From an uncultured Actinomycetota bacterium (GTDB taxonomy: Bacteria > Actinomycetota > Actinomycetes > Propionibacteriales > Propionibacteriaceae): 64,000 bases of DNA. The notes under the pieces were generated by a model that had not been told where the DNA came from, made no database searches, and saw only the letters and a list, made by a program, of their open reading frames with translations. Each line of letters begins with the position of its first letter. Positions within the stretch are counted from its first letter, which is position 1. The DNA is taken from positions 87,015 to 151,014 of the forward strand of contig CAVQCQ010000027.1 in the NCBI GenBank assembly GCA_963711015.1, read 5' to 3'. Made by a program: the position numbers and the translations under genes. Of the stretch, positions 57,011-64,000 are shown in pieces.

Positions 57011-57498
57011 TGCCCGCGTACGGCCTCGCCCTTGGCCTCGGCCGACCGCCGCAGCTGATCCTGGAAGTCGATCATCCGCTGCCGCAGTGCGGCATCGGAC
57101 GCGGCCAGGATCCGCACCGCCAGCAGCCCGGCGTTGCGCGCGTTGCCGATGGCCACGGTGGCGACCGGTACCCCGGCCGGCATCTGCACGATGGAGAGCA
57201 GTGAGTCCATCCCGTCGAGGTACTTCAGCGGCACCGGCACGCCGATCACCGGCAGCGGAGTGACCGCCGCCAGCATCCCGGGCAGGTGGGCCGCTCCTCC
57301 GGCGCCGGCGATGATCACCGCGAGACCACGCTCGGCGGCCGTCCGGCCGTAGTCGATCATCGCGTCGGGCATCCGGTGCGCCGAGACCACATCGGCCTCG
57401 TACGCCACGTCGAACTCCGACAGCGCCTCGGCCGCCGCGCTCATCACCGGCCAGTCCGAGTCGGAGCCCATCACGATCCCGACCCGGGCCTCAGGCAT
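57007..57498 (-). CDS. purE: 5-(carboxyamino)imidazole ribonucleotide mutase
   Basis: 163 aa with [14 protein letters not shown]...VSAHRMP...[14 protein letters not shown]. Confidence 0.95.
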   Translation of the reverse strand: MPEARVGIVMGSDSDWPVMSAAAEALSEFDVAYEADVVSAHRMPDAMIDYGRTAAERGLAVIIAGAGGAAHLPGMLAAVTPLPVIGVPVPLKYLDGMDSLLSIVQMPAGVPVATVAIGNARNAGLLAVRILAASDAALRQRMIDFQDQLRRSAEAKGEAVRGH

Positions 57499-58642
57499 CG
57501 GCGTCGCCCATCAGGTACGCCGCCGCGTGCCGGGCCCGGGCGCGGACCTGGTCAAGATCATCGCCGTACGCGGTCACGTGCCCGACCTTACGGCCCGGCC
57601 GCACCTGTTTGCCGTAGATCTGCGCCCGCAGCCGCCGGTCGCGGGCGAAGCAGTGCAGCAGCGCCGACGGCAGGTCGTCGACCGAGCCGCCGAGCACGTT
57701 GGTCATGACCGTCCACCGCTCCCGGGCACCGGGGTCGCCCAGCGGCAGGTCGAGCACCGCGCGCAGATGGTTCTCGAACTGCGAGGTGTGCGCGCCGTCG
57801 ATGGTCCAGTGGCCGGTGTTGTGCGGCCGCATGGCCAGCTCGTTGACCACCACCGACCCGTCGCGGCGCTGCATCAGCTCCACGGCCAACATCCCGACCA
57901 CGCCGAGCTCGTGCGCGACCGTCAGGGCAAGCCGCTCGATCTCCATCGCCTGCTCAGGCTCGAGCCCGGGCGCCGGTGTGACCGTCTCGACGCAGATGCC
58001 GCCGCGCTGGACGGACTCCGAGATCGGGTACGCCGCCGCCTGGCCGGAGGGGGAACGGGCCACCAGCGCACTCAGCTCGCGCGAGAAGTCCACGTACTCC
58101 TCCGCGATCACGGCGACCTCAGGCGCGAGACCGCTGAAGGGACCCTCGACGTCCTCGGCCGAGTCCAGCCGCCACACTCCCTTGCCGTCGTAGCCGCCCC
58201 GGGAGGTCTTGGCGATCACCGGCCAGCCGTGCTCGTCCCCGAAGGCGGCCAACGCCGCCGCATCCGCCACCACGCGATAGACCGGGCAGCTGATCCCGGC
58301 CGCGCTCAGCCGGTCACGCATGATCACCTTGTCCTGCGCGTGCACCAGCGCTGCCGGACCGGGCCGCACCGCCACACCATCGGCTTCCAGCTCGCGCAGC
58401 AGGCCGGTCGGCACGTGCTCGTGATCGAAGGTCACGACATCGCAGCCCGCGGCGAAGTCCCGGACCGTCTGTCGGTCGGTGTAGTCCCCCACCGTGACCG
58501 CATGCACCACCCGGGCGGCCGAGACGTCGGCGCCCTCGGCCAGCAGGCGTATCTCGATGCCGAGACCGACCGAGGCGGCGTACATCATCCGGGCCAGCTG
58601 TCCGCCTCCGATGATGCCGACGGTGTACGCGCGGCTGTTCAT
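57491..58642 (-). CDS. purK: 5-(carboxyamino)imidazole ribonucleotide synthase
   Basis: 383 aa with an ATP-grasp layout ([13 protein letters not shown]...[16 protein letters not shown]...) immediately upstream of purE. Confidence 0.9.
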   Translation of the reverse strand: MNSRAYTVGIIGGGQLARMMYAASVGLGIEIRLLAEGADVSAARVVHAVTVGDYTDRQTVRDFAAGCDVVTFDHEHVPTGLLRELEADGVAVRPGPAALVHAQDKVIMRDRLSAAGISCPVYRVVADAAALAAFGDEHGWPVIAKTSRGGYDGKGVWRLDSAEDVEGPFSGLAPEVAVIAEEYVDFSRELSALVARSPSGQAAAYPISESVQRGGICVETVTPAPGLEPEQAMEIERLALTVAHELGVVGMLAVELMQRRDGSVVVNELAMRPHNTGHWTIDGAHTSQFENHLRAVLDLPLGDPGARERWTVMTNVLGGSVDDLPSALLHCFARDRRLRAQIYGKQVRPGRKVGHVTAYGDDLDQVRARARHAAAYLMGDADA

Positions 58643-59109
58643 CGCTGGCCGTCCAACTTGAAGATCACCGAGCGCTGGACGATGAAGTTCACCGTGGTCG
58701 CCACGCCCTGGGCGATCACGAAGCCGATCACCTGCACCGCCCGCAGGCCGAGTCCCTGCGCGGTCAGCACCGTGAAGATCACACTGAACAGCCCCACCTG
58801 CAGCGCAAAGGTGAGCGCGTACAGCAGCACCACGGCGAGGAAGCGCCGAGCCGACGGCTCGGCCCGGAAGGTCCAGCGCCGGTTGATCAGATAGGCGGTG
58901 GTGGTACCGGCGACGAACGAGATCGCCTTCGCCAGCGTGTGTCCCAGGCCCAGCTGCATCAAGATCACCAGCAGGCCGAAGTCGACGACGGCCGAGATGC
59001 CGCCGGTGATCACGAACCGCGTCAGCTGAGCCCGCAGCGGAAGCGCGCTCTCGCGCTGGTTCACCGGAAGCTCGACCGGCTGCGGCAGCTGCTGCGGATG
59101 ATCATTCAT
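58639..59109 (-). CDS. GtrA family membrane protein
   Basis: From ATG 59109: RFVITGGISAVVDFGLLVILM...YLINRRWTF...NFIVQRSVIF. Confidence 0.8.
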   Translation of the reverse strand: MNDHPQQLPQPVELPVNQRESALPLRAQLTRFVITGGISAVVDFGLLVILMQLGLGHTLAKAISFVAGTTTAYLINRRWTFRAEPSARRFLAVVLLYALTFALQVGLFSVIFTVLTAQGLGLRAVQVIGFVIAQGVATTVNFIVQRSVIFKLDGQR

Positions 59110-59902
59110 CGGTTCGCTCCTGCGGCACCGGTCGCGGCCAGCGCGGTGGCCGCTTCTCGGCGAAGGCGGCGATCCCTTCGACCCGATCCGGCGAGAATGC
59201 GGCCTGGCGCCAGGCGTCGTCCTCGATCCGCAGCCCGGTGGGGAGATCGGCGTCGAACCCCTGACGCACCGCGCGTTTGGCCGCACGCAGGGCCACCGGG
59301 GACTTCGCCGCAATCTCGGTGGCCAGCGCGTACGCCGCCGTCCGGGCGGTGCCGCCCGGCACCAGCCGGTCCACCAGGCCGAGGCGGTACGCCTCGTCGG
59401 CCGGCACCCGTCGCCCGGTCAGCACCAGATCGAGTGCTCGGTTGAGCCCGGCCCGCCGGGACAACGACTGCGTGCCACCGCCGCCCGGGACAAGGCCAAG
59501 CCCGACTTCCGGCAGGGCGAAGCCGGCACCTTCGGAAGCGACGATCAGGTCACAGCAGAGCGCAAGCTCGAAACCACCGCCCAGAGCGAGGCCGTCCACC
59601 GCGGCAACCGAGGGCGCCGGGAGCTCCCGCAGCGCGCCGAAGCACTCGAGAAACACCTCGCGCTGGGCCCGGAACTCATCGTCAGTGAAGCTGTGCCGCT
59701 CCTTGAGATCGGCTCCGACGCAGAACGCCCGCTCCAGCGCGCTGGAGATGATCACCACACTGGTCTCCGGCTCACCGGCCAGCTCGCGCGCGGCCGTGAT
59801 CAACCGGCTCGCCTGCTCGGTCGACAGGGCGTTCAGGGCCTCCGGCCGGTCCATGATCAGCTCGGCCAGACCCGGCGCGGGACGCTCGATCCGAACCGTC
59901 AT
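59102..59902 (-). CDS. enoyl-CoA hydratase/isomerase family protein
   Basis: 266 aa with RPEALNAL...AFCVGADLKE...AAVDGLALGGGFELALCCD. Confidence 0.85.
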   Translation of the reverse strand: MTVRIERPAPGLAELIMDRPEALNALSTEQASRLITAARELAGEPETSVVIISSALERAFCVGADLKERHSFTDDEFRAQREVFLECFGALRELPAPSVAAVDGLALGGGFELALCCDLIVASEGAGFALPEVGLGLVPGGGGTQSLSRRAGLNRALDLVLTGRRVPADEAYRLGLVDRLVPGGTARTAAYALATEIAAKSPVALRAAKRAVRQGFDADLPTGLRIEDDAWRQAAFSPDRVEGIAAFAEKRPPRWPRPVPQERTDE

Positions 59903-60414
59903 GGCCGCGGGCCGCCGCGGCTCGACACCCGATGATCAGCCAGCAGCAGCTCGGTCATCGTCGCGTGCACCCGCTCCACGTCGGGCACGTCGGAGAGCAC
60001 CATCGAGCCGTCCTCGGCGGCGGTCTGCACGTTCAGGGTGCCGCAGCCGAGCAGCCGGTCGATCAGGCTGCGTTGGTAGGACACCTCGTGAACCCGGTTC
60101 AGCGGCAGGTCCTTCCCGACCTTGTTCAGGATGCCCGCCCGCGTGATCAGCCGTTGGTTGGTGATCGTGTACGTCGTGGTCCACCAACGCAGGAACGGCA
60201 GCAGCACCCACCAGATCGCGAGCACCAGCCCGAGAACGGCGACCACAGCGGGGCCGACCGGCCGGAGCTCATCGGGCACCAGGGCCGCGCCGGCACCGGC
60301 CGCCGCGCCGAGGATGATCAACACGAGCGCCGGCCGGATCAGCGCCTTGGCGTGGGTGCGCGTCCGGATCACGGCATGCTCATCGGCCCCGAGTAGCTTG
60401 ACCTGGGCAGCCAC
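59899..60414 (-). CDS. bacterial PH (bPH_2/YdbS-like) domain membrane protein
   Basis: From GTG 60414: two TM helices, then TYTITNQRLITRAGILNKVGKDLPLNRVHEVSYQRSLIDRLLGCGTL. Confidence 0.75.
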   Translation of the reverse strand: MAAQVKLLGADEHAVIRTRTHAKALIRPALVLIILGAAAGAGAALVPDELRPVGPAVVAVLGLVLAIWWVLLPFLRWWTTTYTITNQRLITRAGILNKVGKDLPLNRVHEVSYQRSLIDRLLGCGTLNVQTAAEDGSMVLSDVPDVERVHATMTELLLADHRVSSRGGPRP

Positions 60415-60419
60415 GCCGG

Positions 60420-61229
60420 TCAGCGTACGTGAACGACGTCGCCCGCTCCGAGAATCCGGGTACCTGAGTCCGTCCGTACCATCAGCCGCCCATCGGGGTC
60501 GATGCCGGACGCGACTCCGGTCAGGACCCGCTGGTCGCCGAGCAGCACCCGAACCGGCCGGTCCAAGGTCACACAACGGCGCCGGTAGCGCTCCACCAGT
60601 GCGGCGCTGCCGGGGTCGGCCTCCCACTCGCGCACCGCGTGCGCCAGCTCCTGCAGCACGGCGGAGACCAACGGTGTACGCCGCGGCACACCCGGCAGAC
60701 CGGCCGCAGCGCGGGCGATCAGCAACGACGTGGCGGTGGGCACCGGGAGGTCCGCCTCCGCCAGCGAGACGTTGATCCCGATCCCCACCACGCAGGCCGG
60801 TCCCGAGGGGGTGTCGACCCGCTCGGCGAGGATGCCGCAGAGCTTGCGCTCGTCGACGAGCACGTCGTTGGGCCACTTGAGGCCGGTCGCCAACCCGCCG
60901 ACACGGCGTACGGCCTCGCTGACGGCGAGCCCGGTGAGCAGTGGCAGCCAGGTCCATCGCGACAGGTCGACCGCCGGCGCCAGCAGGACCGACATGGCGA
61001 TGCTGGTGCCCGGCGGCGCAGTCCAGGTCCGGCCCTGCCGGCCCTTTCCGGCCGACTGGAAATCGGTGACCAGGACGCGTCCCGTCGCAGCTCCCGCCCG
61101 CGCCGCAGTCACCAGGTCGGCGTTGGTCGAGCCCGTTTCGGGCACCACGTCGATATGGCGCCACAGGCTCGACGAGGTGACCAGCTCGGCGCGCAGCAGG
61201 CGGGCGTCAAGAGGGTCGTCCGAACTCAC
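60420..61229 (-). CDS. birA: biotin-[acetyl-CoA-carboxylase] ligase
   Basis: ETGSTNADL...[19 protein letters not shown]...LKWPNDVLV...KLCGILAE. The start is uncertain (GTG 61229 chosen; other in-frame starts reach 61262). Confidence 0.85.
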   Translation of the reverse strand: MSSDDPLDARLLRAELVTSSSLWRHIDVVPETGSTNADLVTAARAGAATGRVLVTDFQSAGKGRQGRTWTAPPGTSIAMSVLLAPAVDLSRWTWLPLLTGLAVSEAVRRVGGLATGLKWPNDVLVDERKLCGILAERVDTPSGPACVVGIGINVSLAEADLPVPTATSLLIARAAAGLPGVPRRTPLVSAVLQELAHAVREWEADPGSAALVERYRRRCVTLDRPVRVLLGDQRVLTGVASGIDPDGRLMVRTDSGTRILGAGDVVHVR

Positions 61230-61260
61230 CAGGCGAAGGCTAGCCACTAGAGTCCGACTC

Positions 61261-62847
61261 ATGGACCGCGAGGCAGCAGGCCCGGACCGGCACACCACAG
61301 CCGGCAAGCTCGCCGACCTGGAGCTGCGGATCGAAGAAGCCGTGCACGCCGGCTCCGCGGCGGCAGTCGAGAAGCAGCATGCCCGAGGCAAGAAGACGGC
61401 CCGGGAACGGCTCGAGCTGCTGCTCGACCCCGACTCCTTCACCGAGCTGGACGAGTTCGCCCGGCACCGGTCCACCTCGTTCGGGATGGAGAAGAGGCGG
61501 CCGTACGGCGACGGCGTGGTCACCGGGTTCGGCACCATCGACGAGCGCCCGGTCTGCGTCTTCAGCCAGGACGTCACGATCTTCGGCGGCAGCCTGGGGC
61601 AGGTGTACGGGGAGAAGATCGTCAAGATCATCGACTTCGCCCTTAAGACGGGCTGCCCGCTGATCGGGCTCAACGAGGGCGGCGGCGCGCGGATCCAGGA
61701 GGGTGTGGTCTCGCTCGGCCTCTACGGGGAGATCTTCCGCCGCAACACGCACGCCTCCGGGGTCATCCCGCAGATCTCGTTGATCATGGGTGCGGCCGCC
61801 GGCGGGCACGTGTACAGCCCGGCGCTGACCGACTTCGTCGTGATGGTCGACCAGACGTCGCAGATGTTCATCACCGGGCCGGACGTGATCAAGACCGTCA
61901 CCGGCGAGGACGTCTCGATGGAGGAGCTGGGTGGCGGCCGGACGCACAACACCAAGTCCGGGAACGCGCACTATCTGGCGGTCGACGAGGACGATGCGAT
62001 CTCCTACGTCCGTTCGCTGATCTCCTACCTGCCGCAGAACAACCTGGAGGACCCGCCCACCTTCGGCGTCGAGAACGACCTCGAGCCGCACGATGTGGAC
62101 CGCGACCTCGACACGCTCATCCCCGACTCGCCCAACCAGCCCTACGACATGCACGAGGTGATCTGGCGGGTGCTCGACGACGGCGAGTTCCTCGAGGTGC
62201 ACGCCCTGTTCGCGCCGAACATCGTGGTGGGTTTCGGCCGGATCGACGGACACAGCGTCGGCGTGGTCGCCAACCAGCCACTGCACTTCGCCGGCTGCCT
62301 GGACATCGACGCGTCGGAGAAAGCGGCCCGGTTCGTCCGCACCTGTGACGCGTTCAACATCCCGGTGATCACCTTCGTCGACGTGCCCGGGTTCCTGCCC
62401 GGCACCGACCAGGAGTGGAGCGGAATCATCCGGCGCGGTGCGAAGTTGATCTACGCGTACGCCGAGGCGACCGTTCCCCTGGTCACGGTGATCACCCGCA
62501 AGGCCTACGGCGGGGCGTACGACGTGATGGGTTCCAAGCACTTGGGAGCGGACTTCAACCTGGCCTGGCCGACCGCGCAGATCGCCGTGATGGGTGCGCA
62601 GGGTGCGGTCAACATCCTCTACCGCAAGGAGCTGGCCAGGTCCGACGACCCCGACGCGCTGCGGGCCCGGCTCGTGGCCGAGTACGACGACGAACTGGCC
62701 AACCCCTACATCGCCGCCGAGCGGGGCTACGTCGACGCGGTGATCAGCCCGCACGAGACCCGGGCCGAGATCACCCGGGTACTGCGGATGCTGCGGACCA
62801 AGCGCCAAACCTTGCCCCCCAAGAAGCACGGGAACATCCCGCTATGA
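61261..62847 (+). CDS. accD5: acyl-CoA (propionyl-CoA) carboxylase carboxyltransferase beta subunit
   Basis: From ATG 61261: [66 protein letters not shown]. The upstream part of track ORF 60730 is antisense to birA. Confidence 0.9.
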   Translation: MDREAAGPDRHTTAGKLADLELRIEEAVHAGSAAAVEKQHARGKKTARERLELLLDPDSFTELDEFARHRSTSFGMEKRRPYGDGVVTGFGTIDERPVCVFSQDVTIFGGSLGQVYGEKIVKIIDFALKTGCPLIGLNEGGGARIQEGVVSLGLYGEIFRRNTHASGVIPQISLIMGAAAGGHVYSPALTDFVVMVDQTSQMFITGPDVIKTVTGEDVSMEELGGGRTHNTKSGNAHYLAVDEDDAISYVRSLISYLPQNNLEDPPTFGVENDLEPHDVDRDLDTLIPDSPNQPYDMHEVIWRVLDDGEFLEVHALFAPNIVVGFGRIDGHSVGVVANQPLHFAGCLDIDASEKAARFVRTCDAFNIPVITFVDVPGFLPGTDQEWSGIIRRGAKLIYAYAEATVPLVTVITRKAYGGAYDVMGSKHLGADFNLAWPTAQIAVMGAQGAVNILYRKELARSDDPDALRARLVAEYDDELANPYIAAERGYVDAVISPHETRAEITRVLRMLRTKRQTLPPKKHGNIPL

Positions 62848-62869
62848 CTCTTCGCCACCGCCCGCGGCG

Positions 62870-62939
62870 GGATCTGCACCGTTTCCTCGCATCTGCACCG
62901 TATGCAGGCGGTGCAGATCGTAGAAGAGGGTGCAGATCC
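62870..62939. repeat. nested inverted repeats (four ATCTGCACC / GGTGCAGAT copies) between accD5 and accE
   Basis: The outer arms GGATCTGCACC (62870-62880) and GGTGCAGATCC (62929-62939) pair. The inner arms ATCTGCACCG (62891-62900) and CGGTGCAGAT (62909-62918) pair around an 8-nt loop. Confidence 0.8.
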
Positions 62940-62944
62940 GTTCG

Positions 62945-63163
62945 ATGAGCACCGTGCCGGAGAACCCACCGATCTTCTCGGTGATCAGGGGACACCCCAC
63001 CGAGGAGGAACTGGCCGCCCTGGTCGCAGTGCTGGCGCTGCGCTCCGCCGCGGACCAGGAACGCCCGGCCACCCAGACCGGATGGTCCGCGTACTGGCGC
63101 TCGGTGCGCGCCCCGGTCCAGCCCGGTCCGGAGGCCTGGCGGATGTCCGGACGACCCGGCTGA
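62945..63163 (+). CDS. accE: acyl-CoA carboxylase epsilon subunit
   Basis: From ATG 62945: FSVIRGHPTEEELAALVAVLAL...TGWSAYWRSVR, typical of AccE. Lies directly after accD5. Confidence 0.7.
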   Translation: MSTVPENPPIFSVIRGHPTEEELAALVAVLALRSAADQERPATQTGWSAYWRSVRAPVQPGPEAWRMSGRPG

Positions 63164-63230
63164 AGACCCACTCGGCTAGAGTCCGTCCGAGGCTCTTCCT
63201 AAGACGTGCGACCAGCAGAAAGGCTCGGCG

Positions 63231-63830
63231 ATGAGCGCAGTCGACGACATTCTCTCCGGCATTCCGATGGACCAGCTGGCCGCGCAGCTCGGCGTGGACG
63301 AGGCCACGGCCGAGTCTGCGGCGCGGGAGGCCATCCCCGCCCTGCTCGGCGGCATGCAGGCCAACGCCGAGGACCCCGCCGGCGCCGCGTCGCTGGCCGG
63401 CGCGCTGGGCGATCACCCGAGCGACCTGGTCGACGGTGGCGTCGACCTGAACCAGGTGGACGCGGACGACGGCGAGAAGATCGTGCACAACATCTTCGGC
63501 CCCAACACCGGCGAGGTGGTGCACACCCTCGGGGCCAATACCGGTCAGCAGCAGAGCTTGATCGCCAAGCTGCTCCCGCTACTCGCGCCGATCGTGCTGG
63601 CGTACCTGTCCAAGCGGATCTCGGGCAGCGGCAAGTACGGCGACCTGCTCGGCCCACTGATCGCCGGGGCCGCCGGCGGCGCCGGGGGGAATGTGCTGAC
63701 CGACATCTTGGGCGGCATGCTCGGCGGCGGCCGGTCGGCGCAGCCGGCCGAGGACGAGCAGCCCGAGCAGCAGTCCGGCGGGTCGATCCTGGACATCCTC
63801 GGCAACCTGCTCGGTGCCGGCCGCCGCTAG
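63231..63830 (+). CDS. DUF937 domain-containing protein
   Basis: 199 aa with LAAQLGVDEATAESAAREAIPALLGGM... and a Gly-rich C-terminus LGGMLGGG...ILDILGNLLGAG. Confidence 0.65.
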   Translation: MSAVDDILSGIPMDQLAAQLGVDEATAESAAREAIPALLGGMQANAEDPAGAASLAGALGDHPSDLVDGGVDLNQVDADDGEKIVHNIFGPNTGEVVHTLGANTGQQQSLIAKLLPLLAPIVLAYLSKRISGSGKYGDLLGPLIAGAAGGAGGNVLTDILGGMLGGGRSAQPAEDEQPEQQSGGSILDILGNLLGAGRR

Positions 63831-64000
63831 AGAAGTCGTTCGGTCGACACGCAGGAGACCAGGCAGCGCTCCTTCGCATCGGCGCGCAGCTGCGCCGTCC
63901 AGCTGACGAAGCCGCCGTCGCCGACCTCTCGCTCCCCATCCGGCCCGGGGCGGTAGACCTTGATCGCCAACGGCGCGTAGTAGCCCCGGCCATGCCGGCG
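63827..64000 (-). CDS. hypothetical protein, C-terminal fragment (5' end beyond window)
   Basis: The open minus-strand frame reads ...RRHGRGYYAPLAIKVYRPGPDGEREVGDGGFVSWTAQLRADAKERCLVSCVSTERLL and stops at 63829-63827. Ordinary amino-acid composition. Family not recognised. Confidence 0.3.
   Translation of the reverse strand, partial: RRHGRGYYAPLAIKVYRPGPDGEREVGDGGFVSWTAQLRADAKERCLVSCVSTERLL

Noticed and set aside
60730-61260. N-terminal 177 codons of track ORF 60730..62847 as part of the carboxyltransferase
   Set aside because: This part is antisense to birA and has no AccD-like sequence. The family homology starts at ATG 61261 ([21 protein letters not shown]...).

Overview
High-GC actinobacterial chromosomal window with about 60 protein-coding genes, almost all conserved housekeeping or cell-envelope functions. 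From memory, the gene order matches several separate M. tuberculosis H37Rv neighbourhoods. These are rph/MBL/murI ... cysM-cysO-mec ... clpS/pncB (Rv1330c-Rv1340-like), a transglutaminase/ATP-grasp operon (Rv2566-Rv2569c-like) directly downstream of ahcY, and a long block from SIS/manB/DUF3499/whiB/fbiA/fbiB/manC through the LCP genes and fadE/purE/purK/birA/accD5/accE5 (Rv3256c-Rv3281-like). I saw no rRNA, tRNA or CRISPR array, and no convincing defence island or clearly new multi-gene system. Five things deserve a second look. (1) All eleven reading-frame disruptions I found lie between about 6.8 and 18.9 kb. Seven of them are in one GH31 alpha-glucosidase gene that still keeps its catalytic motifs. 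(2) A 77-nt intergenic element occurs twice, and its hairpin stem differs only by compensatory base-pair changes. (3) A second repeat family is built on CGTTTCCCATC palindromes, including a 52-bp tandem array upstream of mec-cysO-cysM. (4) A decayed IS30 transposase relic is present. (5) The conserved transglutaminase / circularly permuted ATP-grasp / alpha-E operon has no known function. All calls rest on reading the translations and the DNA by eye. No database search was run.
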